Origin: Myxococcota bacterium
Lineage (GTDB): Bacteria; Myxococcota_A; Polyangia; Nannocystales; Nannocystaceae
Assembly (NCBI GenBank): GCA_039194325.1
Contig: JBCCWC010000035.1
Location: forward strand, 1 to 32,000
Length of the DNA stretch: 32,000 nt
Reading direction: 5' to 3'
Part shown: positions 16,526 to 24,174 of the stretch, one piece after another
How positions within the stretch are numbered: position 1 is the first letter of the stretch
Layout: each line of letters starts with the position of its first letter
Made by a program: the position numbers and the translations under genes
The notes under the pieces: model-generated
The model's database searches: none
Told to the model about the DNA's origin: nothing
Seen by the model: only the letters and a program-made list of their open reading frames with translations

Positions 16526-17767
16526 TTACAGCGGAGGAACCGCCCCCAGCAGCCCTCGGGTCCACATCTGAGAGATCGTCAGACCACTGACCTGTGCGCG
16601 CTCGATGGCCTCGGAGTGGGCGATCCGGGTGATCTTGGTGTGACCGCCCGCGGTACGTTCGACGGCCAGCAGGCGCACTCGCTCGTCGGCCAGTTCCAGG
16701 GAGTCGAGCACGAGCGGGTTGTGGGTCGTGACGATGATCTGGCGTCGGTGACGTCGAGCAAGGCGGGCCAAGGTGGCGAAGAGCTTTCGCGCCAGACGAG
16801 GGTGCAGAGCATGGCCTACGTTTTCGATCGCAAAGAACCGAGGTGAGCGTGGATGTAGGACCATCGCGAGGGCGAACAACACGTAAAGAGCCCCCTCGCT
16901 GGCGTCATAGGCCGATAGCTGGTTGCGATCGTCGCGGAGGAAGCGATCCGAGAAGCGCACCACCTCCGACGTCACGGGGATCGACGGCGAGATCAGATCG
17001 GGCGTAGGCGCAGCCACGGCGATACTCGACGCCCACTCGACCAGGGACTCGAACTCGGCGTGGAGCCGCTCGGCCTGCTTCGAGGACTTGAGAAACGCAA
17101 CAGCCTCGGCCAGGCGTCCGCCCCCGAGACCAAGTGGATCTCGCTGGAGGAGATCAGGCTGGGTTCCCCGCAGGATCGAGGTCTGCGGATCGTAGATCGC
17201 AAAGCCCTTGAGGCTCCCGAGCATGAGGCTGACCCCCGGCGACTTACGCTCTCTGAGCGAGAGCCCTCCACGGGACAGACCGATGAAGGGGTCCAAGTCC
17301 GAGAGGGTCGTCTTTTCATCCGGGGCGTGCCAGATGTTGCCGCCACGGGGGCTGCGGCTGAGCAGCTTGGACTCACGGCGGCCGATCATCTCCGATTGGA
17401 ACCTCCACGGCGAGGCCGACGTCTCCTGGGGATTGTCCAGCCCCACCCGGTAGTACGCCCCGGCCCGAGAGCTCGCCCGCAAAGAGATCACGCGACGGAG
17501 CTTCTTCAGATCCGCAAAAGCGCTCTTGTAGAGCTTGGGTACCCCGGGACGAACCCCTCGACGCAAGAGTTCGGTATCATCGACACGACCGTCGGCTGCC
17601 GCCCCGAGGACCCCGATCGCCTCGAGCACCGCCGTCTTGCCCGAGCCATTGGCGCCGATCAAGACGTTGAGCTGACCCAGCTCGATCCGCTGCTCCACGA
17701 GCGACTTGAACCCCTTGATCTCCAACGACTCGATGAAGCCGGCATGCGCTAACTCGGAGCGTGGCAT
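16526..17767 (-). CDS. Soluble SMC/RecF-like ABC ATPase (AAA_21/AAA_15-type), OLD/AriA/RloA-like
   Basis: N-terminus FIESLEIKGFKSL...LNVLIGANGSGKTAVLEAI carries the Walker A motif. Further motifs are a signature-like LSAYDASEGALYVL, a Walker-B-like RFFAIENVGHALHP and an H-loop IVTTHNP. No TM segments are visible. The start is uncertain among ATG 17767, ATG 17782 and GTG 17809. Confidence 0.8.
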   Translation of the reverse strand: MPRSELAHAGFIESLEIKGFKSLVEQRIELGQLNVLIGANGSGKTAVLEAIGVLGAAADGRVDDTELLRRGVRPGVPKLYKSAFADLKKLRRVISLRASSRAGAYYRVGLDNPQETSASPWRFQSEMIGRRESKLLSRSPRGGNIWHAPDEKTTLSDLDPFIGLSRGGLSLRERKSPGVSLMLGSLKGFAIYDPQTSILRGTQPDLLQRDPLGLGGGRLAEAVAFLKSSKQAERLHAEFESLVEWASSIAVAAPTPDLISPSIPVTSEVVRFSDRFLRDDRNQLSAYDASEGALYVLFALAMVLHPRSPRFFAIENVGHALHPRLARKLFATLARLARRHRRQIIVTTHNPLVLDSLELADERVRLLAVERTAGGHTKITRIAHSEAIERAQVSGLTISQMWTRGLLGAVPPL

Positions 17768-17843
17768 CGTGGAGCGGGCCATCGTCGCAGACCACGGTGA
17801 CGGTAGCACGGGGCTGCACCCTACTGTGCCGCATGCCCGGCGG

Positions 17844-17880
17844 CTCGGCTCGACTCGGCTCGACTCGGCTCGACTCGGCC
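17844..17880. repeat. 10-bp tandem repeat cgactcggct x3.5 upstream of the ATPase gene
   Basis: ctcggct cgactcggct cgactcggct cgactcggcc was read directly. It sits in the roughly 290-bp spacer between the tRNA-Ala 3' end (18098) and the ATPase start region. Confidence 0.85.
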
Positions 17881-18064
17881 ACGATGTAGCCCGTTCCTCG
17901 AGTCGACCTCCGTTGAGCGTGACACCATGAGGCGAACCAAGCGTGCATCGAGCTCCGATAGGAGAGCGACGCGCACCACGGATCCCCCGTAGGTCGACCG
18001 GTCACGAGCCCAACGCCGACCAAGACGACCGGCTGTGCCCGCTGTGTACCCACGGGGCGAGCCC

Positions 18065-18093
18065 AAAAAACAAACGGCCCCGTCAGGGGCCGT
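18065..18093 (-). terminator. Rho-independent terminator of tRNA-Ala
   Basis: On the minus strand: ACGGCCCC-TGAC-GGGGCCGT (perfect 8-bp GC-rich stem, 4-nt loop) followed by TTGTTTTTT. It begins 4 nt after the tRNA 3' end. Confidence 0.85.
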
Positions 18094-18097
18094 TGGG

Positions 18098-18170
18098 TGG
18101 AGGATACCGGGATCGAACCGGTGACTTTCGGCTTGCAAAGCCGACGCTCTCCCAGCTGAGCTAATCCCCC
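18098..18170 (-). tRNA. tRNA-Ala (anticodon UGC)
   Basis: The minus-strand sequence GGGGGAT TA GCTC AGCTGGGA GAGC G TCGGC TTTGCAA GCCGA AAGTC ACCGG TTCGATC CCGGT ATCCTCC A folds as a 73-nt cloverleaf. It has the G3:U70 alanine identity pair, a GTTCGATC T-loop and anticodon TGC. CCA is not encoded. Confidence 0.95.
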
Positions 18171-18297
18171 GGGCGAGCATGGGGCCACAACGCCCCACCG
18201 GCGGCGGAGTATAGGCGCGACCCGCCACGGGGGCCACGACCCTCCCTTGTCACCTTGCGCAAAGGGCGCAAAACCTATTCCTACTGGCTTGTAGCGT

Positions 18298-18318
18298 CCT
18301 TCTGGCGCCCTTCTGGCG
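18298..18318 (+). promoter_or_regulatory. Direct repeat ccttctggcg x2 with 11-bp periodicity, about 100 bp upstream of the molybdoenzyme start
   Basis: Copies at 18298-18307 and 18309-18318 were read directly. The one-helical-turn spacing suggests a tandem regulator binding site. Function is inferred only. Confidence 0.25.
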
Positions 18319-18420
18319 TCTTGTGTCGCCTGCGCGCTCCTCTTTGCCGTGGTCCTGCCTTGACGCCCGCACGACCGCGCATTCACCACCGCCCCCCGCC
18401 TGCGGATATCCTCGCCCCCC

Positions 18421-20640
18421 GTGACCGCCCCGCGTCAGCACTTTCGTACCTGCAACCTCTGCGAGGCCATGTGCGGCCTGAAGATCGAAGTCGACGGCGA
18501 GCAGATCCTCTCGATCCGCGGCGACGACGACGACCCATTCAGCCGCGGTCACATCTGCCCCAAGGCGCCCGCGCTGGCCCAGCTACAAGCCGACCCCGAT
18601 CGCCTGCGCCAGCCCATGCGTCGCACGGGGTCGGGCTGGCAACCGCTACCGTGGGACGAAGCGCTGGACGAGGCCGCCACTCGATTGCACCAACTCCAGC
18701 GAGCACACGGCCGCAACGCCATCGCCGCCTACTTGGGCAACCCCAACGTCCACAACCTCGGCGCGATGCTCTTCGGCCCACGCTTGTTGCGACAGCTCCG
18801 CACCAAGAACCTCTACTCGGCGACCTCGGTCGATCAGCTGCCGCACATGCTGGCCGCGCACCTGATGTTCGGCCACCAGCTGCTGCTGCCGGTGCCCGAC
18901 GTCGATCGCACCTCGCTGCTCATCATCCTCGGCGCCAACCCCATGGTCTCCAACGGCAGCCTGATGAGCGCTCCGGACATGGCCAACCGGCTGCGCGCCC
19001 TCCAAGAACGCGGCGGCCGGCTGGTGGTGATCGATCCCCGGCGCAGCGAGACGGCGGCCCGAGCCGACGAGCACCTGTTCATCCGCCCCGGCACCGATGC
19101 CCTGCTGCTGCTGGGCATGTTGCACACGATCTTCGCCGAGAACCGCGTGCGCCTGCGCGAGCTCGAAGACATCGTCGACGGCATCGCCCACCTGCGCTCG
19201 CTGGTCCGCGACTATACCCCCGAGCGCGTGGCTCCCCTGACCGGGATCGAAGCCTCGCGGATCACCGGGCTGGCCCGGGCGCTGGCCGACGCCGACGCCG
19301 GGGTCTGCTACGGCCGGATCGGCACCTCGATCCAGCCCTATGGCGCTCTTTGTGCCTGGCTCCTCTATGCGCTCAACATCGTCACCGGCCACCTCGATCA
19401 CCCCGGCGGGGCGATGTTCACCACCCCCGCGGTGGATCCGATCGGCGCCCCCAAGGGTATGAGCGTCAGCCGGGGCGGGTTCGGCCGCTGGCGCAGCCGC
19501 GTGCGCTCGCTGCCCGAGGTGGGCGGTGAACTCCCCGTGGCCACGCTGGCCGACGAGATCCTCACCGAGGGCGAGGGCCAGATCCGCGGGCTCGTCACGA
19601 TCGCAGGCAACCCGGTGCTGTCCACCCCCAACGGAGCCCGACTCGAGCGCGGCTTGGCGGGCCTCGAGACCTACGTCGCGATCGACTTCTACATCAACGA
19701 GTCCACCCGCCACGCCCACCTCGTGCTCCCACCCACCTCACCCCTGGAGCGCAGCCACTATGATCTGATCTTCCACACGCTGGCGATCCGCAACGGGGCC
19801 AAGCTCTCCGGTCCCCTGCTGGACCCCCCGCCCGGAGCCCGGCACGACTGGCAGATCCTCCACGAGCTGGCCGTACGCCTCAAGCAGCAGCGTGGCCGCT
19901 ACCCGCTGGCCGACCGCCTCGCCGACGCGGCGCTGGCCCGCCTGGGACCGGAGGGGCTCGTGGGCGTGGGCCTGGCCATGGGCCCCTACGGCCTGCGCGC
20001 CCGTGGGCGCAATGCACTCTCGCTGGCCGCGCTGCGTCGGGCGCCGCACGGCGTAGACCTGGGCCCGCTCGTGCCCTGCCTGCCCGAGCGCCTACCCAAG
20101 GGGCGGATCGACCTGGTGCCCAGCCCCATGGTGGCCGATCTGACCCGACTACGCGCCGATCTGGTCGAGCCTCGGATCGAACCAACGACGACGAGCAACC
20201 CGGACGACCCCGCCGCGGACAAGCCGAGCGACACGAGCCGCGGCGAAAGCTCGCTGCGGCTGATCGGGCGCCGGCAGCTGCGGACCAACAACTCCTGGAT
20301 GCACAACATGCCCGGCCTGGTCTCCGGCAAGCCCCGCTGCACGCTCCTGATGCACCCCGAGGACGCGGCGGCCCGCAGCGTGGAGCAGGGCGACGAGGTC
20401 TGCATCGAGTCCCGAGTGGGTCGGGTGATCGCCCCGGTCGCGATCACCACCGACATGATGCCCGGGGTGGTGAGCCTGCCCCATGGGTTCGGCCACGGGC
20501 GCGAGGGGATCCAGATGAAGGTGGCCCAGGCCCACGCGGGAGTCAGCATCAACGATCTGACCGACGAGTCCCGGATCGATGCGCTCAGCGGTAACGCAGC
20601 GCTCTCGGGCGTACCGGTCACGGTGACCGCGGTCAGCTAG
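18421..20640 (+). CDS. Molybdopterin (bis-MGD) oxidoreductase family protein with N-terminal 4Fe-4S Cys cluster
   Basis: The start is GTG. The N-terminal block is TCNLCEAMCGLKIEVDGEQILSIRGDDDDPFSRGHICPKA (CxxCxxxC...C). Typical blocks are LGNPNVHN, LLIILGANPMVSNGS and VVIDPRRSETA. The C-terminal barrel block is LMHPEDAAARSVEQGDEVCIESRVGRV...GVVSLPHGFGH. Confidence 0.9.
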   Translation: MTAPRQHFRTCNLCEAMCGLKIEVDGEQILSIRGDDDDPFSRGHICPKAPALAQLQADPDRLRQPMRRTGSGWQPLPWDEALDEAATRLHQLQRAHGRNAIAAYLGNPNVHNLGAMLFGPRLLRQLRTKNLYSATSVDQLPHMLAAHLMFGHQLLLPVPDVDRTSLLIILGANPMVSNGSLMSAPDMANRLRALQERGGRLVVIDPRRSETAARADEHLFIRPGTDALLLLGMLHTIFAENRVRLRELEDIVDGIAHLRSLVRDYTPERVAPLTGIEASRITGLARALADADAGVCYGRIGTSIQPYGALCAWLLYALNIVTGHLDHPGGAMFTTPAVDPIGAPKGMSVSRGGFGRWRSRVRSLPEVGGELPVATLADEILTEGEGQIRGLVTIAGNPVLSTPNGARLERGLAGLETYVAIDFYINESTRHAHLVLPPTSPLERSHYDLIFHTLAIRNGAKLSGPLLDPPPGARHDWQILHELAVRLKQQRGRYPLADRLADAALARLGPEGLVGVGLAMGPYGLRARGRNALSLAALRRAPHGVDLGPLVPCLPERLPKGRIDLVPSPMVADLTRLRADLVEPRIEPTTTSNPDDPAADKPSDTSRGESSLRLIGRRQLRTNNSWMHNMPGLVSGKPRCTLLMHPEDAAARSVEQGDEVCIESRVGRVIAPVAITTDMMPGVVSLPHGFGHGREGIQMKVAQAHAGVSINDLTDESRIDALSGNAALSGVPVTVTAVS

Positions 20641-20813
20641 CGAACAGGGGCGACGGCTGACCCGTTCAGGTCGATCCGCGCATGGGTCGACCGAGCCGCC
20701 AGCGCATGGTTGGGGCCGCGCGGACCTTCGGTCAAAAGGGAGGTCAGAGTCTTGCGCCGTCGGCATTAATCTCCATGTAGACGAACAAGACGCTCACCGT
20801 GCGGAGCCATTGC

Positions 20814-21719
20814 ATGACCCTTTTGGACCCTGTGCCGAGCCCTGCTCGACCTCCACCCGCCTACACGAGCGCATCCACGAGCGCATCCACGAGCGCATAT
20901 GATGGACCCGCTCGTGCCGAAGCCCCTGGTACCGCGAAGCACCGAGCATGTGTGCCTCTTTTGGCCATCAGCCTCGTCGGCTGCCCCTCCTCGGAGCTCG
21001 TCGGTCCCCACGACGCCTCCGCAGACCGGGTCAGCGCCGCCGAGGTGACCAGCTGGGTCCGAGAGATCAAACGCGACATCCACCCCGGACCTCGAGCGAG
21101 CAGTGTCTCGCTGTTCGTGATCCCCCGTGATGGGCGCGCTGCCGAGCGCCCCCCCTGTCTCGAGTCCATGATCCAGCCCGCGAGCATCGAGACGATCATC
21201 CCCTCTCCCGACTACCAAGAGCTCTACGCCAGCGACATCGACGGACGCTTGCTGCGTCGACGGGAATCGACCTGGATCCCCGTGCCCAGCCCCCCCCAGA
21301 TCCCGCCGATCCAGGCCCTGCTGGGCTTCGTACGGGCCCGCTCCCCGCTGGAGCTCGTGGTGGGTGTAGACACGGGAGAGCAATCGGACCTATGGACGCT
21401 CGTCCTGGCCGCCGGCCAAGTCAACAGCGCCGGACCGACGGATCTCGATGCGCCGCCCTATACCGACGCGATCCAGTTCCTCCAGGCCCACCACACGCCC
21501 TCGTGTCGCGATGGCGCTCGCGACTGTTTGGTGTGGACCGGGGTCGACGATCGCACCTTCATCGACCGACTCCCGCATCGCCACGCCTCGAGCAGCCTGC
21601 CTCTTTTGGAGCTCACCGGAGAGCTCGCGGTGGCCGATGTTGCATGGGCCGACCCCGACGGCCACTCGATCTACCTGGCCACCGCAGGCACCCCGTGTGT
21701 GATCGAAGACTCGGGATGA
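20814..21719 (+). CDS. Hypothetical protein (possible lipoprotein; start uncertain)
   Basis: The ORF has GC-rich third positions in its 3' half. It contains a lipobox-like LLAISLVGC about 57 aa after the first ATG, with no in-frame ATG closer. GTG at 20799 and an internal GTG just before PLLAISLVGC are alternative starts. I recognise no family. Confidence 0.45.
   Translation: MTLLDPVPSPARPPPAYTSASTSASTSAYDGPARAEAPGTAKHRACVPLLAISLVGCPSSELVGPHDASADRVSAAEVTSWVREIKRDIHPGPRASSVSLFVIPRDGRAAERPPCLESMIQPASIETIIPSPDYQELYASDIDGRLLRRRESTWIPVPSPPQIPPIQALLGFVRARSPLELVVGVDTGEQSDLWTLVLAAGQVNSAGPTDLDAPPYTDAIQFLQAHHTPSCRDGARDCLVWTGVDDRTFIDRLPHRHASSSLPLLELTGELAVADVAWADPDGHSIYLATAGTPCVIEDSG
20865..20898. repeat. 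12-bp tandem repeat acgagcgcatcc x2.8 (encodes TSASTSASTSA if translated)
   Basis: Read directly from the sequence. It lies in the uncertain N-terminal/5' region of the hypothetical gene. Confidence 0.85.
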
Positions 21720-21785
21720 CCCCGCGCGACGCGACACCGCGTTGCGATCGATGGCGTCGGAGCGTCGACTGGGTGCAGTCCACGT

Positions 21786-21845
21786 GAGATGAGATGAGAT
21801 GAGATCGGCAGGATCCGGAGATACCATCCCGAAGATACCATCCCG
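21786..21845. repeat. Compound repeat: GAGAT x4 (21786-21805) then 14-mer (g/a)agataccatcccg x2 (21818-21845), ending 3 nt before the S41 peptidase ATG
   Basis: Read directly from the sequence. There are six (G/A)AGAT cores within 60 bp of intergenic DNA. Confidence 0.85.
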
Positions 21846-21848
21846 GAC

Positions 21849-24173
21849 ATGCGTCCCCTCTACCGAACCGCCCTCGCGCTCGGCATGCTGGCGGGCTGTC
21901 GCCCCGCGGCGTCCGAGCGGGTGAAGGCGCCCCCGTCCGCGGTCGTCGACACCACGCCCACCACCAACGCCGAGGAGCTGCGAGCCTTCGCCAAGCTCTA
22001 CGGGTACGTTCGCTTCTTCCACCCGACCGACGCGGCGGCACAGGCCGACTGGGATCGGCTGGCGATCGAGGGGGCGCGGCGGGTCACCGAGGCGTCCGAC
22101 CGAGCGGAGCTGAGCGAGGCGCTGAACGAGCTCTTCAAGCCCGTCGCGCCCACGATCGCGCTCTATCCCGAGGGCACGCCCGTCCCGTCGGGCGGGGCGC
22201 CCGGGCAGGGCCCGCTGGTCGCGTGGCAGCACCGGGGCTTCGGCTTCGGTCGCATGCACTCGATCTACGACAGCGTGCGGACCGAGCGTACGCACGAGAT
22301 CCCCGACGGGTTCGCAGGCGGCTGGGCGCCGGTGGTCAACGCGGTGGATGCCGCGCCACTACGCGGCAAGAGGGTGCGCCTGCGAGCCCGGGTGCGGGTG
22401 CAGTCCAAGTCGCGCATCGACGCCGCCGGCCTCTGGCTACGGATCGACCGGCCCGACAACGAGAGGGGCGCGTTCGACAACATGAACGATCGGCCGATCC
22501 GCACGAGCGACTGGACCTTCTACGAGATCGAGCTGCCCGTAGCCGAGGACGCGGTCAAGGTCGCCTTCGGGGGCATCCTCAAAGGCTCGGGGCCCGCGTC
22601 CTTCGACGACTTCTCGCTGGTCGTGGTGCAGGGCGAGACGACCACACCCGTGGAGATCGACAACCCGAGCTTCGAGGCGGCCGAAGAGCCCACGGGCTGG
22701 AGCGCGCGCAAGCCGGGCTATGTGTTCGACGTACGGCAAGAGGGCGACGGCAAGATCCTGCGGATCTCTCGGGCCATGCGGACGCAGACCGAGGCGCTCT
22801 TCGACGCCCGTCCCGCCCGCGGGGAGGTGCTCGATCGGGCTTTGGGAGCCGGCCTGCGCGTACGCTTGCCCGTCGCGCTGCCCGACTCGAGCGCCGCCCG
22901 GCCGTCGGTGGGGGCCGCCCCCAAAGCGTCCGATCCGCTGCCGGGGGCCGAGGACCCGGCGGTACGAATCGCCGCAGTCATCGTGGGCTGGAACGTGCTG
23001 CAGCACTTCTATCCCTACTTTGACGTGATCGACGAGGACTGGGACGAGGTGCTCGACGCGACCCTCGAGGACGTACTCGACGACGAGGGGCCCGGCGATC
23101 TGCGGGACACCCTCGAGCGGATGGTGGCGCGGCTGCACGACGGTCATGGACGGGTGGCCGGGCCACTGCCGCCCAGCGGACGGATCCCCGCGTCGCTCAT
23201 CCGGATCGGCGAGCAGATCGTGGTGGCCAGGGCCAAGCCAGAGTCCGGCCTCCAGCGCGGGGATCGGGTGCTGTCGATCGACGGGACCCCGATCGAGCAG
23301 CGCGTGGCCGAGGTCGCGACCCGGACCTCCGGATCACCGCAGTGGATCGAGCATCGCGTGCTGGGCAGGGCACGCGTCAGCGAGGGGCCCGCCCAGTCCG
23401 AAGCCCGCGTGGAGATCGAGCGCGGCGGGGCCACCCAGACCGTCGAGATCGTCCGCGAGGTGGGGTTTCCCGCCAAGCCCTTCGAGCACCCCCCCTTGGA
23501 GCGCCGGCCCGACGGAGTATTCTATGTGGATCTCGATCGCGCGTCCTGGCCCGAGATCCAGGCGCGCCTGGACGAGATCGCGACCGCGCCGGGGGTGGTG
23601 TTCGACCTGCGGGGCTACCCCAACTCCAACGACCAGATCCTCGCGCACCTCATCACCGAGGCCGATCACGCCAAGTGGATGTTCGTGCCGCTCTACATCT
23701 ACCCCGACCAACAGCGCCAGGTCGGCTGGCAAGAGGAAGGCTGGGGGATAGTGCCCGCCCAGCCGCACATCGAGGGCAAGGTGGCGTTCATCACCGGCGG
23801 CGGCGCCGTCAGCTACGCCGAGTCGGTGATGGGCCTGGTGGAGGGATATCAGCTCGGGGAGATCGTGGGCTCGGCCACCGCCGGGGCCAACGGCAACGTC
23901 AACCCCTTCGAGGTGCCGGGCGGTTTCACGATCACATACACCGGCATGAAGGTCACCCGCCTCGACGGTCGGACGCACCACGGGATCGGGGTCGAGCCCA
24001 CCGTGCCGGCCCAGCCCACGCGTGAGGGGATCACCGCGGGGCGCGACGAGCTGCTCGAGGTGGCACTGAAGATCGTTCGCGGGGGGCAGGAGTCGGGCGA
24101 CGAGGCGAAGGGGGGCAAGAAGACGGGTCGCAACCGGGGCTTGCCTGGCGCACCATCGATACACCATCGATAG
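21849..24173 (+). CDS. S41-family (tail-specific / C-terminal processing type) serine peptidase lipoprotein with PDZ-like and CBM-like inserts
   Basis: The signal/lipobox is MRPLYRTALALGMLAGC. The PDZ-like block is LQRGDRVLSIDGTPIEQ. The S41 core blocks are GVVFDLRGYPNSN and VAFITGGGAVSYAESV (Ser nucleophile context). The NPSFEAAEEPTGWS block resembles a carbohydrate-binding-module strand. Confidence 0.85.
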   Translation: MRPLYRTALALGMLAGCRPAASERVKAPPSAVVDTTPTTNAEELRAFAKLYGYVRFFHPTDAAAQADWDRLAIEGARRVTEASDRAELSEALNELFKPVAPTIALYPEGTPVPSGGAPGQGPLVAWQHRGFGFGRMHSIYDSVRTERTHEIPDGFAGGWAPVVNAVDAAPLRGKRVRLRARVRVQSKSRIDAAGLWLRIDRPDNERGAFDNMNDRPIRTSDWTFYEIELPVAEDAVKVAFGGILKGSGPASFDDFSLVVVQGETTTPVEIDNPSFEAAEEPTGWSARKPGYVFDVRQEGDGKILRISRAMRTQTEALFDARPARGEVLDRALGAGLRVRLPVALPDSSAARPSVGAAPKASDPLPGAEDPAVRIAAVIVGWNVLQHFYPYFDVIDEDWDEVLDATLEDVLDDEGPGDLRDTLERMVARLHDGHGRVAGPLPPSGRIPASLIRIGEQIVVARAKPESGLQRGDRVLSIDGTPIEQRVAEVATRTSGSPQWIEHRVLGRARVSEGPAQSEARVEIERGGATQTVEIVREVGFPAKPFEHPPLERRPDGVFYVDLDRASWPEIQARLDEIATAPGVVFDLRGYPNSNDQILAHLITEADHAKWMFVPLYIYPDQQRQVGWQEEGWGIVPAQPHIEGKVAFITGGGAVSYAESVMGLVEGYQLGEIVGSATAGANGNVNPFEVPGGFTITYTGMKVTRLDGRTHHGIGVEPTVPAQPTREGITAGRDELLEVALKIVRGGQESGDEAKGGKKTGRNRGLPGAPSIHHR

Positions 24174-24174
24174 C

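Noticed and set aside
17810-18097. Integrative element at the 3' side of tRNA-Ala. I looked for an integrase and a direct repeat of the tRNA 3' end that would bound the ATPase/TOPRIM islet.
   Set aside because: No integrase/recombinase ORF is present between 15712 and 18097. I found no direct-repeat copy of the tRNA 3' segment. The only partial resemblance (cccggatcctca at about 15855-15866 versus the tRNA 3' end cccggtatcctcca) is gapped and in the wrong orientation. The islet idea therefore rests on composition and position only.
18171-18420. Possible molybdenum-cofactor riboswitch or other leader RNA upstream of the molybdopterin oxidoreductase.
   Set aside because: I could not recognise the conserved Moco-motif helices or any extended conserved-looking structure by eye. 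Only short repeats are present. A covariance-model scan (Infernal/Rfam) is needed to decide.
20948-21130. The out-of-frame ATG ORF (MCASFGHQPRRL..., 60 aa) as the true start of the 20814-21719 gene, or as evidence of a frameshift/pseudogene.
   Set aside because: Its translation is Arg-rich nonsense, while the other frame continues into a plausible protein. I cannot demonstrate a frameshift from the sequence alone, so the gene is reported as intact with an uncertain start.
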